64,000 nucleotides of DNA from Eledone cirrhosa (lineage: Eukaryota): contig OZ024764.1 in assembly GCA_964016885.1 (NCBI GenBank), forward strand, positions 13,826,001-13,890,000. The letters are read 5' to 3'. The position numbers were made by a program, and so were the translations under genes. The notes beneath the pieces were generated by a model. The model had not been told where the DNA came from. It did no database searches and saw only the letters and a program-made list of their open reading frames with translations. Shown in pieces: positions 1-11,689 of this stretch; positions within the stretch are counted from its first letter, which is position 1, and every line of letters begins with the position of its first letter.

Positions 1-7
1 CAATGAG
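1..7 (-). CDS. TMX1: Probable start of TMX1-like exon 7 (runs off the window)
   Basis: The minus strand reads ttctgtCTAATtcctttcttgggtttacttCAG|CTC ATT G: branch-point-like CTAAT, pyrimidine tract and CAG. Phase 0 gives L-I-, continuing the hydrophobic segment. Only 7 nt are visible. Confidence 0.45.
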
Positions 8-319
8 CTGAAGTAAACCCAAGAAAGGAATTAGACAGAACAAACTGGAAATATTCAACTGGAAAATACACACAAGGTAGGGTAGGGTAGACAGCACCCC
101 TAGTGCTGGTGCCATGGTAAAATACACCCACTACACTCTGTAAAGTAGTTCACAATCAAACAGAAATAGTGTTAGGAACCTGAAAAACCCTTCTCTAGTG
201 TTGGTGCCATAATAAAATACAATCTCTAAGGAAAACAACAACCTGATGCCTTAACAGATCTACAGAAACCATAGAGAGGTTTTTGAGAGAAGACTTTGAC
301 TTAGGAGCTTCCGTGCCTT

Positions 320-510
320 GAGACACATGAGGCAGCCAAAGTGTTCCAATGACCACCACGGTCAGTTACATCTATCAATACATGCCATGTCTCGAGACAT
401 GAGACAGCCAAAGTGTTCCAATGACCACCATGGTCAGTTACATCTATCAATACATGCCATGTCTCGAGACATGAGACAGCCAAAGTGTTCCAATGACCAC
501 TATGGTTAGT
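320..510. repeat. 60-bp tandem repeat, about 3 copies
   Basis: gagacatgagacagccaaagtgttccaatgaccac... recurs at 60-bp spacing. Confidence 0.85.
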
Positions 511-859
511 TGTATCTATCAATACATCATTCCAGCTTTTGTTGTCGGGTTTCAGATCTCTGTTAATTGCCTGCCACCAGTTCATCTTGAGACATCCTCT
601 TCGCCTCTTTCCTTGGGGGGGGGGGGGGGGGGGGGGGGGGTTGTATCAACACAAGACCTGATTAACATGCCTACTCATTTGGAAGTCATCTGACGAGTCC
701 CAACCAGCCATGTCGAAACTTTCACCTGATGCTAGACACACCTTGTTTGTGGGTTGGGTTAGTTTGTTGAAGGACTTCATCGTTGGAGATGAAGTAAGTC
801 CACCTGATGCCAAGGATTTTCCGTAGGTATTTAGTGTCAAAAGCATCTAATTGGTTGTG

Positions 860-1115
860 AAGGCACATGGCTTAGCGGTTAGAGCATTGGGCTTGCAATT
901 GAAAGGTTGTGAGTTCAATTCTTGGACCGGGTGGTGCATTGTGTCCTTGAGCAAGACACTTTATTTCACGTTGCTCCAGTTTACTCAGCTGTAGAAATGA
1001 GATGATAGGGACTGGGGTCCCTATCATTACAATCACCCAAGACACTCCCCCACCCAGCAAGATATACCTTGGAAGAGTCCAGCTAAACCTGCACACAGGT
1101 GTGAGCTGTCACAAC
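860..1115 (+). mobile_element. tRNA-headed CORE-type SINE (family A) with an alternative 3' module
   Basis: A box TGGCTTAGCGG, B box GAGTTCAATTC, CORE-like TCCTTGAGCAAGACACTT. After the internal palindrome it continues into the module that is tandemly repeated at 39530-39945. Confidence 0.8.
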
Positions 1116-1502
1116 AACAACACCGACTTGGGGCTGGTCTTCACACTCCCATTCCACAGCCCCTCCCCCCATTGAAAGCACATCGTTGCTGTAAAATCTC
1201 ATCTTGTACAGATATATGCGTGGTTGGTTGTAGTAAGTGATGATGGAAGTAATGTTGTCTATACAGGCGTAGCTAACTTTGATGCTATAGTAAGTCCCTA
1301 ACTTATGGGTTGGGTTATGTTCCAAGAGGCCGTTCGTTAGTTGATTTGTTTGTAGGTCGACAATCTAACACAGTACGTACCAGTAAGCACATATATGTTA
1401 CATTGATACTGCAAGTTTCCATATGAGTGATATATATATATATATATATTCTTCAGAGTTTCTGGCTTGTATCTGCCGAAATTACTTCTTGTTGTTTTGA
1501 TT

Positions 1503-1540
1503 GCCCTGATGAGTCCTTAATAGGACGAAACATTGTCGGC
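1503..1540 (+). ncRNA. Minimal type I hammerhead ribozyme motif
   Basis: gcc-CTGATGA-GTCC ttaata GGAC-GAA-ACA t TGT-C-ggc. Complete core, stems I, II and III, GUC cleavage triplet, inside a ~240 bp element flanked by (TA)n. Confidence 0.8.
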
Positions 1541-2239
1541 TAATAAAAACTTTTGATGTATTAAAGGATTCTTTGTTTTACTCTCTTAATGTTTCGGCTC
1601 TGTTTAACTGCATTGAGCTATACCTTTTACTGTCATTTCTATAATACGAAGAGGGTGTTTGACTCAAACACGCTCCAGTATTCTAATCCTTATATATATA
1701 TATATATATATATATACAGTATATAGACATATATAGAGGTATGTATATGTATACAGTATATAGACATATATAGAGGTATATATATATATATATATATATA
1801 GTATTAAGGGTACTATTTATGGTTATGTATGTAATAAAACCTTTAATGGTAATATATTATATATACAAACCTTAAATAGTGAAAGATAGTCATTAATTAC
1901 TATCCTATTACCAGTAAGATAAATAGCTCAATGTAATAACATCAGTTGTTTTACAGAGCAGTTATATAGAGATTACAGTAATCAAAGTCCAGTTTAAGTC
2001 ATTTATTTGCTTACAATTATCCTGTAACCTTTACATGTAAATTGCCATGCTATATCATTTGATGAGTGTCACCCCACTGTTGATCAATATGCGCACATGT
2101 TTTATGTGTCTCTTGGGTTGAAAAGGAGGTCAAGTATGTTATAGATCAGTAAATAGTTGCTCCGAAGAATCCAAACCTCGGTTTGGAGGAAACAATTGTA
2201 AGCAAATAAATGACTTAAACTGAACTTTGATTATTGTAA

Positions 2240-2275
<36 letters not shown>

Positions 2276-2330
2276 CAGTATATAGACGTATATAGAGGTG
2301 TATATATATACAGTATATAGACATATATGG

Positions 2331-2380
<50 letters not shown>

Positions 2381-2395
2381 TATAGACATATATAG

Positions 2396-2431
<36 letters not shown>

Positions 2432-2520
2432 TATTTAGATGTATATAGAGGTGTATATATATATACACAGTATATAGACATATATAGAGGTATATATATA
2501 TATATACACAGTATACAGAC

Positions 2521-2556
<36 letters not shown>

Positions 2557-2945
2557 TATATAGAGGTATATATAACATGTAATGATGAATTTAAATACTG
2601 TAAAGCTAATGACAATAAATTGTCAAAGAAAAAAAAAAGTACTTTTTTTCAATTCTGTGAAAGGAGCAGGGATTGTTTTTATGCTGGAAAAGAAGAAACC
2701 TAAGAAACCTGGGGCCCAAAAGACCCCACAAAAACTCAAATTTCAAACAGACGATTTTTCTCGTTCTTCGTGAGACTGTTTGTATCTGCGGAAGTGTGTA
2801 AGGTGGGGACGACGTATTGTATTTGTATTGAAAGGAGTTATACAATCTCAACTTGGTACCAACCGAAAGCCTTTTGCTTCTCCAGATCTTTGGGGGACAC
2901 GGGAGGCTGGGTGGAAGGGATAATTAGTGAAAACAATGTACTTAC

Positions 2946-3047
2946 CATTCCAGCAATTAGACCAACCAGTAATGTAGCCAGGGCAAAGATCACGTAACAA
3001 CCCCATTCAGGAATGCCGTACACTTCTGTCATCGTAGAGTACAGTGA
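2946..3047 (-). CDS. TMX1: TMX1-like exon 6 (transmembrane helix)
   Basis: TTGCAG acceptor, GTAAG donor, 102 bp. Encodes SLYSTMTEVYGIPEWGCYVIFALATLLVGLIAGM, like TMX1 GLPVWGSYTVFALATLFSGLLLGL. Confidence 0.9.
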
Positions 3048-3141
3048 CTGCAACACAAACATGTAGAGAATATATATACATATATATAGGAACGAGTAGG
3101 ACCCCGACGGCTGAGCTCAAGCCGTTTCGACGGCTAATTCT

Positions 3142-3178
<37 letters not shown>

Positions 3179-3304
3179 TCCAGAATTAGCCGTCGGGGTC
3201 CCACTCGTTCCTATTACCCACTCTACTACCCCAAGTATTGAGTACGCTGTTGAGTAATGGTTGAACCAGTTTCAAACTGATCCATCTTGATTTATATATA
3301 CAAA

Positions 3305-3358
<54 letters not shown>

Positions 3359-3359
<1 letters not shown>

Positions 3360-4090
3360 AGGCACATGGCTTAGTGGTTAGAGCATTGGGCTTGCAATCG
3401 AAAGGTTGTGAGTTCTCAGACCAGGTGATGTGTTGTTTCCTTGAGCAAGACACTTTATTTCACATTGCTCCAGTTTACTCAGCTGTAGAAATGAGATGAT
3501 AGGGACTGGGGTCCCTATCATTCCACTGCAAAGTAGAAATCAAGCCAGAATCAGTTCCCGTCCTACCCTTGCAAGCAGGGAAAAGCGGACGTAAAATGAT
3601 GATGATGATGATGATGATATATATACAATGTAAATGGCAATCAGTGTTTAATCTTTCAAACATTTAATCACTGATTCTGTACTATACAGGTTATTTTACA
3701 TCAAGCTATTTTCATACTTGTAACTGGGTAATATTTATTTTATATATATATATATATATATCATCATCATCATCATTTTTACGTCCGCTTTTTGTGAGTT
3801 CAATTCCCAGACCGGGTGATGTGTTGTTTCCTTGAGCAAGACACTTTATTTCACACTGCTCCAGTTTACGCACCTGTAGAAATGAGATGATAGGGACTGG
3901 GGTCCCTATCATTCCACTGTAAAGTGGACATGTAGGTGCCACGGCAAAAAAAAGCACCCAGCACTCACTGTAAATGAGGTTGGTGTTAGGAAGGGCATCC
4001 AGCTGTAGAAATCAAGCCAGAGTCAGTTCCCGTCCCACCCTTGCAAGCAGGGAAAAAGCGGACGTAAAATGAAATGATGATGATGATGAT
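3359..4090 (+). mobile_element. Two SINE family A copies (3359-3617 internally deleted; 3794-4090 5'-truncated)
   Basis: Match to the full-length copy at 32229-32567; both end in (TGA)n. Confidence 0.85.
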
Positions 4091-4093
4091 AAC

Positions 4094-4630
4094 CGAATAT
4101 AAAAGAAAAACGAACACAGATATATACATATATGTGTTCAAATCGCAAGGGACTAGATTCGCTAAGGTGAAAAAAAAACTAACTATAGACAATAGGGTTT
4201 GCCTGACTCAATTTAAGAAAAAATCAAGGAAATAAATACAATTGAATAAACCTGGCTGCTATTTTTAGTGGTGTAAGTTTGTGAAACACACTAAGATACT
4301 ATGTGCGTTATTATATATAGCACACTATTCAGTTTCTTAATATACTTAGAAGTGTCTAGGATACTAATTTTGATGAACAAGAATTGGTATTTCTATTCAC
4401 AATTAATTAGTATTGTGAAACAGCACCAAGCTGTCTGGGTGATTAGTAGTTACCACAATTCCGGTTTGTATTTATTTATTTCCTTGATTTTTTTCTTAAA
4501 TTGAGTCAGGCAAACTCTATTGTCTATAGTTAGTATTCTTTTCACTTTAGCGAATTTGGTCCCTTACGATTTGAACACATATATCTATATATCTGTGTTC
4601 GTTTTTCCTTTTCGTTTTTCTTTTATATTC
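4094..4630. mobile_element. Fold-back element with ~160-bp inverted arms and a degenerate hammerhead in the spacer
   Basis: About 4094-4250 is the reverse complement of about 4465-4630. The spacer has TTGATGA-ACAA...TTGT-GAA-ACAGC accaa GCTGT-C. Confidence 0.7.
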
Positions 4631-5049
4631 AGTGATAATATACGGCTCGGAAAAATCTCTTTCTTAGAGCTATTTTATTGTAAGAGACTATTTTGAGATC
4701 CTAACTCAATATATACCTTTGATATATTCTATTATATACATATATATATGTGTGTGTGTGTTAAGTAACTCCGAAGAAAAAGCAAAGGAAAAAGAGTGCT
4801 CTATGTATAGAACAGAGCTGTTTAAATAGAAAGTGAACAACACAAAATATAACCTCTCCATTACCAAATCAGGATTCTAGACAATATTAATATGTCTGGA
4901 TCTGTCTGATGAACGAACTAGACGTATATTAATATGGTTTAGAGTCCTGAAACCTTTGGTAATGGAGTAGTTATATTTTGTGTTGTCCAGTTTCTGAAAG
5001 TCAATGAATAGACTCCACCACAGCGAAGTGTGATGAAAAATGGACTCAC

Positions 5050-5095
5050 CCGAATAAACATGGCAGCTTTGAAGAACAAACTCAGGCAGGACATC
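5050..5095 (-). CDS. TMX1: TMX1-like exon 5
   Basis: CAG acceptor, GTGAGT donor, 46 bp. Encodes (Q)MSCLSLFFKAAMFIR, like TMX1 MSSMSALFQLSMWIR. Confidence 0.88.
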
Positions 5096-5254
5096 CTGTG
5101 GGATGATAAGAATTATAAGAATAGAAATCTTAAACCACAATAGCTGAGGTAGGAATTTTACATATACATATATATATATATATACATACATATATATATA
5201 TACATACATATATATATATATACATACATATATATATATATACATACATATATC

Positions 5255-5845
5255 ATCATCATCATCATTTTACGTCCGCTTTTCCCTGCTTGCAAGGGTG
5301 GGACGGGTCTTATTCAGCACAGCATCTCTCCACTCGTCACAGTCCCTCGTCATCTCCACCGTGAGCTTCAATGATCTGAGGTCTGTTCTCACCACCTCCG
5401 CCCATGTTTTTCGTGGTCTACCTCTACCACGTCTTCCTTCAACTGGCATTTCCTGGCACTTCTTCACCCATCGGTCATCCTCCATGCGCATCACATGTCC
5501 ATACCACCTCAGTCTCCTCTCCCGTACACTACATTCTATCCCTCTCAGACACAGTTTCTCTCTCAACACATTTATGCTGGGTCGTTCACGCACATTTACA
5601 CTGCACATCCAACGGAGCATGCTTGCCTCATTTCTCTCCAGCCGTCGCATATCCTCTGCGGTTGCTGCCCATGTCTCACTACCATGCAGCATCGCGCTCC
5701 TCACACAGGCATCATATAACCGGCCTTTCGTACGCAGGGAGAAACCCTTCTTCGTCAACAGAGGAAGCAGCTCCCTAAACTTCTTCCAACCCATCCTTAT
5801 TCTAGATACTATGGCCTCGGAACACCCTCCTCCCATGCTAATCTG
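5255..5845 (-). mobile_element. RTE-clade LINE, 3' fragment
   Basis: ORF has KGRLYDACVRSAMLHGSETW...RRLRWYGHVMRM...GRRGRGRPRKTW, typical of an RTE C-terminus, followed by a (TGA)n tail. Confidence 0.9.
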
Positions 5846-5866
5846 ATATATATATATATATATATA

Positions 5867-6745
5867 CAGGGTGAGGACGATATTTGTTCGCAATTTTCAA
5901 CTGCTAATTTTATGCAAATTTTTTTTACTTCCGTTGTCACTCTTGTCTTCATAAAAACAGTGACTATATTTGCATAATAATTGATTATGAATAATTTTGA
6001 ACCTCCAAATTTGTGGAAGAGACACGGAGTTCTTCTTGGAATCCGCGCCGGGAGGACAAATAAGACCAGAAGATCAACTTCCACAACAACAGGTGGCTCG
6101 CTGTCTCATCCAAAGACGCGCCCAGAGTCATGCAGACAAAGTTTCCAGCGACAACATTGGTGTTAGATGTCATCAGCAGTCAAGGTGACGTCAAGCCACC
6201 TCACTTCTTCCCTGAGGGCCTCAAGCTGAACACCGATGGCTACATCCGTGTTCTGAGCGAGGTAGTAAAGCCCTGGATCGACCAGGTAGCTGCAGGTAGG
6301 CCGTACGTGTGGCAGCAAGAGTCAGCGCCCTGCCATACCAACCGAAAGACCCAAGCCTGGCTGTCAGAGAACTTTGTCGACCACACTTCACCTGACATCT
6401 GGCCTCCCAGCTCGCCTGACTGCAACCCCCTCGACTTCTTTGTGTGGGGCACAGTGGAACGAGACACCAACAGATCTAGCTGCAATACGAAAGACGATAT
6501 GAAGGCCAGGATCACAAGTGCCTTTAGGGGCCTAAGTCAGGGGACAGTGACGAATGCCTGTAGCCGGTTCCGAGGCCGCCTTGAGGCCGTCATCAAAGCC
6601 AATGGCGGGTTTATTGAGTGAGATCGAAAGAACAAGTCATGAAAACAAACTGACCCAAGTTTGATAAATATATCTTAAAAAATAAAACTACTGTCTTATT
6701 TTTTCCTAGATAGTCGTCTTGGGAACAGATATCGTCTGCACTCTG
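5867..6745 (+). mobile_element. Tc1/mariner-superfamily DD37D (maT-type) transposon, internally deleted
   Basis: Imperfect TIRs CAGGGTGAGGACGATATTTGTTCGCAA / CAGAGTGCAGACGATATCTGTTCCCAA, flanked by TA. ORF 6130-6621 has QQESAPCH...WPPSSPDCNPLD with 37 residues between the acidic positions; the second catalytic D is replaced by E and the N-terminus is missing. Confidence 0.88.
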
Positions 6746-6749
6746 TATA

Positions 6750-6934
6750 TAAGGCCGGTTATATGATGTCAGTGTGAGGTGCGCGATGCTGCATGGTAGG
6801 GAGACATGGGCAGCAACTGCAGAGGATATGAGACGGCTGCAGAGAAATGAAGCAAGCATGCTCCGTTGGATGTGCAGTGTCAATGTGCGTGAACGACCGA
6901 GCATGGATGTGTTGAGAGAGAAACTGGGTATAAG
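6750..6934 (+). mobile_element. RTE LINE internal fragment
   Basis: Same family as 5255-5845, opposite orientation. Confidence 0.8.
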
Positions 6935-7268
6935 ATGGTGATGGTGGTGGTGATGGTGATGATGGTGGTGATAGTAATGATGGTGATGATGATGATGGTA
7001 GTAATGATGATGATGGTAATGATGGTGATAGTGATGGTGATGGTGGTGGTGGTGGTAATGATGGTGATGGTAATGATGGTGATGGTGATGGTGATGATGA
7101 TGGTGGTGGTGGTGGTGGTAATGATGGTGATAGTGATGGTGATGATGATGGTGGTGGTGGTAATGATGGTGATGGTAATGATGGTGATGATAGTTATGAT
7201 GGTGGTGATGATAATGGTGGCTATGATGATGATGATGATGACAATGATGATGATGATGGTGATGATGA
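6935..7268. repeat. (ATG/GTG)n trinucleotide tract
   Basis: Mixed GAT/GGT repeats ending about 14 bp from the exon 4 donor. Confidence 0.95.
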
Positions 7269-7281
7269 AAGAGAAACTCAC

Positions 7282-7410
7282 TGAAAGGAATCCGGTCTGA
7301 ACCACCAGCTGATGGGTTCAACACTCTGCCATTTCTTGTCCTCAATAAAACTAATAAGGTCTCCAATATTCCGAGGTCCTTGGTAGTAGCGAAACACTCC
7401 GTCCTTCACG
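7282..7410 (-). CDS. TMX1: TMX1-like exon 4
   Basis: CAG acceptor, GTGAGT donor, 129 bp. Encodes (H)VKDGVFRYYQGPRNIGDLISFIEDKKWQSVEPISWWFRPDSF(Q). Confidence 0.92.
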
Positions 7411-7509
7411 CTGGCGCACAGGGAAACGAGAATGTAAACAAATATGAAAACAACAACAACAACAACAGCAGCAGCAGCAATAACATTTCATTTATTGTAC
7501 ATTTTATTT

Positions 7510-7790
7510 CATCATCATCATCATCATCATCATTTTACGTCCGCTTTTCCCTGCTTGCAAGGGTTGGATGGGTCCTATTCAGCACAGCATCTCTCCACTT
7601 GTCACGGTCCTTCGTCATCTCCTCCGCGAGTGTCAGCCATCTGAGGTCAGCTCTCACCACCTCCGCCCATGTTTTTCGTGGTCTTCCTTGGCACTTCTTT
7701 ACTCAGCGGTCATCCTCCATGCACATCACATGTCCATACCACCTCAGCCTTCTCTCCTGCACACCACAATTTATCTCTCTTACACCCAGT
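7510..7790 (-). mobile_element. RTE LINE 3' fragment with internal deletion
   Basis: Matches 5255-5545 and carries the same (TGA)n tail. Confidence 0.8.
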
Positions 7791-8071
7791 CCGTATAGAG
7801 CTAGGAAGCTGTGAAAACCTAGGAGACGCATCGAACCTCACAACATCACATGCCAGTATGGAAAAGTGGACATAAAAGCAATGATGATGATGGTTATATA
7901 CATTATATACAAAAGCACACTCCCTACTGACTATCATTATCATCATCGGGTTAGACGCCAGGTAGGGTGACCATGTCTTGCTCATACGGGAAATGATTCT
8001 GGCTTGATTTCTACAGCTGGATGCCTTTCCTAACACCACCGTCCCCTCAATCTATTTTATTTCTCATTCTT

Positions 8072-8107
8072 TCTTCTGATGAAGGACTAGCGTCCGAAAC
8101 GTTAAGA
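8072..8107 (+). ncRNA. Minimal hammerhead motif (family also at 33444-33479, minus strand)
   Basis: tctt-CTGATGA-A-GGAC tagc GTCC-GAA-ACGT-T-aaga, with palindromic stem III (ACGT). Confidence 0.72.
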
Positions 8108-8204
8108 CCCTCTTCCTGCTATATCAAGCGTTAATCTAATATATCCCTTCCATATACTGTACTGATTGTGGTGTTATTTCTGTTTACTGTTTACATATAT
8201 ATAT

Positions 8205-8487
8205 AGGCGCATGGCTTAGTGGTTAGAGCATTGGCCTTGCAATCGAAAGGTTGTGAGTTCAAATCTCAGACCGGGTGATGTGTTGTTTCCTTGAGCAAGA
8301 CACTTTATTTCACATTGCTCCAGTTTACTCAGCTGTAGAAATGAGATGATAGGGACTGGGGTCCCTATCATTCCACTGCAAAGTGGTCGTGGAGGTGCCA
8401 TGGCAAAAAAGCACCCAGCACTCACTGTAAATGAGGTTGGTGTTAGGAAGGGCATCCAGCTGTAGAAATCAAGGCAGAATCAGTTCC
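8205..8487 (+). mobile_element. SINE family A
   Basis: tRNA head, CORE-like block and internal palindrome; 3' tail missing. Confidence 0.85.
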
Positions 8488-8518
<31 letters not shown>

Positions 8519-8602
8519 TGTATATACATATACACACTAACAACAACAACAACAACAATCATGGAATAGAGGACAAAAGAAAGAAACAAAACAATTACTT
8601 AC

Positions 8603-8648
8603 TGGAAAACAGTTGGCAGAGATGTGACAAGGAATCTTCCACTTAGGC
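8603..8648 (-). CDS. TMX1: TMX1-like exon 3
   Basis: TTTCAG acceptor, GTAAGT donor, 46 bp. Encodes (G)LSGRFLVTSLPTVF(H), like TMX1 GLSGRFIITALPTIYH. Confidence 0.92.
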
Positions 8649-8676
8649 CTGAAACATGGATAGAATAGAATACAGC

Positions 8677-10815
8677 TGTAACAACATGATAGGACTGGGG
8701 TCCCCTATAATTAAAACACCCAAGAAACCTCCTATGAGATACAACATGATAGGACTGGGGTCCTTATAATTAAAACACCCCAAAAACCTCCTATGAGATA
8801 CAACATGATAGGACTGGGGTCCCCTATAATCAAAACACCCAAAAAACCTCCTATGAGATACAACATGTTAGGACTGGGGTCCCTATAATTAAAACATCCA
8901 AGAAACCTCCTATGAGATACAACATGATAGGACTGGGGTCCCCTATAATTAAAACACCCAAGAAACCTCCTATGAGATACAACATGATAGGACTGGGGTC
9001 CCCTATAATTAAAACACCCAAAAAACCTCCTATGAGATACAACATGATAGGACTGGGGTCCCCTATAATTAAAACACCCAAGAAACCTCCTATGAGATAC
9101 AACATGATAGGACTGGGGTCCCCTATAATTAAAACACCCAAGAAACCTCCTATGAGATACAACATGATAGGACTGGGGTCCCTATAATTAAAACACCCAA
9201 GAAACCTCCTATGAGATACAACATGATAGGACTGGGGTCCTTATAATTAAAACACCCCAAAAACCTCCTATGAGATACAACATGATAGGACTGGGGTCCC
9301 CTATAATTAAAACACCCAAAAAACCTCCTATGAGATACAACATGATAGGACTGGGGTCCCTATAATTAAAACACCCAAGAAACCTCCTATGAGATACAAC
9401 ATGATAGGACTGGGGTCCCTATAATTAAAACACCCCAAAAACCTCCTATGAGATACAACATGATAGGACTGGGGTCCCTATAATTAAAACACCCAAGAAA
9501 CCTCCTATGAGATACAACATGATAGGACTGGGGTCCCCTATAATTAAAACACCCAAGAAACCTCCTATGAGATACAACATGATAGGACTGGGGTCCCCTA
9601 TAATTAAAACACCCCAAAAACCTCCTATGAGATACAACATGATAGGACTGGGGTCCCCTATAATTAAAACACCCAAAAAACCTCCTATGAGATACAACAT
9701 GATAGGACTGGGGTCCTTATAATTAAAACACCCCAAAAACCTCCTATGAGATACAACATGATAGGACTGGGGTCCCCTATAATTAAAACACCCCAAAAAC
9801 CTCCTATGAGATACAACATGATAGGACTGGGGTCCTTATAATTAAAACACCCCAAAAACCTCCTATGAGATACAACATGATAGGACTGGGGTCCTTATAA
9901 TTAAAACACCCCAAAAACCTCCTATGAGATACAACATGATAGGACTGGGGTCCTTATAATTAAAACACCCCAAAAACCTCCTATGAGATACAACATGATA
10001 GGACTGGGGTCCCTATAATTAAAACACCCAAGAAACCTCCTATGAGATACAACATGATAGGACTGGGGTCCCTATAATTAAAACACCCAAGAAACCTCCT
10101 ATGAGATACAACATGATAGGACTGGGGTCCCTATAATTAAAACACCCCAAAAACCTCCCATGAGATACAACATGATAGGACTGGGGTCCCCTATAATTAA
10201 AACACCCCAAAAACCTCCTATGAGATACAACATGATAGGACTGGGGTCCCTATAATTAAAACACCCAAGAAACCTCCTATGAGATACAACATGATAGGAC
10301 TGGGGTCCCCTATAATTAAAACACCCAAGAAACCTCCTATGAGATACAACATGATAGGACTGGGGTCCCCTATCATTAAAACACCCAAAAAACCTCCTAT
10401 GAGATACAACATGATAGGACTGGGGTCCTTATAATTAAAACACCCAAAAAACCTCCTATGAGATACAACATGATAGGACTGGGGTCCCCTATAATTAAAA
10501 CACCCAAGAAACCTCCTATGAGATACAACATGATAGGACTGGGGTCCCCTATAATTAAAACACCCCAAAAACCTCCTATGAGATACAACATGATAGGACT
10601 GGGGTCCCCTATCATTAAAACACCCAAAAAACCTCCTATGAGATACAACATGATAGGACTGGGGTCCTTATAATTAAAACACCCCAAAAACCTCCTATGA
10701 GATACAACATGATAGGACTGGGGTCCCCTATAATTAAAACACCCAAGAAACCTCCTATGAGATACAACATGATAGGACTGGGGTCCCTATAATTAAAACA
10801 CCCAAGAAACCTATG
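8677..10815. repeat. 59-60 bp minisatellite, about 36 copies, in TMX1 intron 2
   Basis: Unit acaacatgataggactggggtcc(c)ctataattaaaacacccaagaaacctcctatgagat. Confidence 0.97.
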
Positions 10816-10897
10816 AGACAGGGTGTATGTCAGAGCAGAGAGGGTATGTCCCAGGATATAAAGGGTGGTTATGAGGGTAGAAATAGATAATACAAAC

Positions 10898-11013
10898 CTG
10901 GGTTTTGTGTCACATCAACAATAGCGACATGGATGTTGAGGTCTTCAGCCCACGTGGTGTAATTCTCCCAAATGTCCTTGAAACTGTGACAGGCAGGACA
11001 CCAGGGGGCCATA
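10898..11013 (-). CDS. TMX1: TMX1-like exon 2 (thioredoxin active site)
   Basis: AG acceptor, GTTTGT donor, 116 bp, phase-compatible with exon 1. Encodes (F)MAPWCPACHSFKDIWENYTTWAEDLNIHVAIVDVTQNP(G); CPAC is the TMX1-type motif. Confidence 0.93.
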
Positions 11014-11042
11014 CTATCAATACAGAAACATCATTATTATAC

Positions 11043-11232
11043 AGGTAGTGAGATTGTCAGAATCGGTAGAGCATCAGACACTATGCTTTAGGGGCACAGT
11101 GTTACGTCCCTTTACGTTCTGAGTTCAAATCCTGCCGAGGTTAGTTTTGCCTTTCATCCTTACGGGGGGGTCGATAAAATAAAGTACCCCTCCCCCCCAA
11201 ATTGCTGCCCTTGTGCCTATAGTAGAAACAAT
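11043..11232 (+). mobile_element. tRNA-headed SINE with a Nin/Deu-like central domain (family N)
   Basis: B box GAGTTCAAATCC followed by GCCTTTCATCCTTACGGGGTCGATAAAATAAAGTACC. Other copies at about 39180-39320 (+), 42070-42250 (-), 46640-46810 (-), 46868-47030 (+), 54185-54290 (-), 62180-62365 (-) and 62885-63055 (-). Confidence 0.75.
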
Positions 11233-11321
11233 TATTGTACAGGTAGTGGCATGAAGGCCCCTACAGCACCACACTCTAACTGAAACACATCAAACATAGT
11301 TTTATATATATATATATATAT

Positions 11322-11612
11322 AAACGAACTAAGGAAAAAATTAGAGATAAGAGGGATCAGATGTTGTTTACTCGAGAGAAGGCTGCGTTGGTATGGACAC
11401 GTGATGCGCATGAAAGTCGATAGCTGTATTACAAAGTGCAGGGCAATAAAGATAGACGGTAGCCACGGAATAGGCAGACCTAGAAAAACATGGGATGAGC
11501 TGATAAACTCCGACCTCACACGCTTACACCTCTCCAAGACAATGTCACTGGACCGAGACCTTTGGCGGTACTCAGTAACAGAGAAGACCCGCCTTGCCAG
11601 TAGGCATCTCTA
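11322..11612 (+). mobile_element. RTE LINE 3' fragment (second subfamily)
   Basis: ELRKKLEIRGIRCCLLERRLRWYGHVMRM...GRPRKTWDELI...DRDLWR. Confidence 0.8.
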
Positions 11613-11689
11613 ACAAAATACACCCCGTCCCGCCACCACCCCCACCCCATCCACACCACCCCGTTCCATGTAAAGTTATGTTGGTGCCG

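Noticed and set aside
6611-7366. Poly-histidine ORF
   Set aside because: Translation of an (ATG/GTG)n microsatellite plus LINE sequence; it overlaps true exon 4 in a different frame.
8677-10815. CRISPR-like array (palindromic repeat at regular spacing)
   Set aside because: The intervening sequences are near-identical rather than unique spacers, there are no cas genes, and it lies in a eukaryotic intron.
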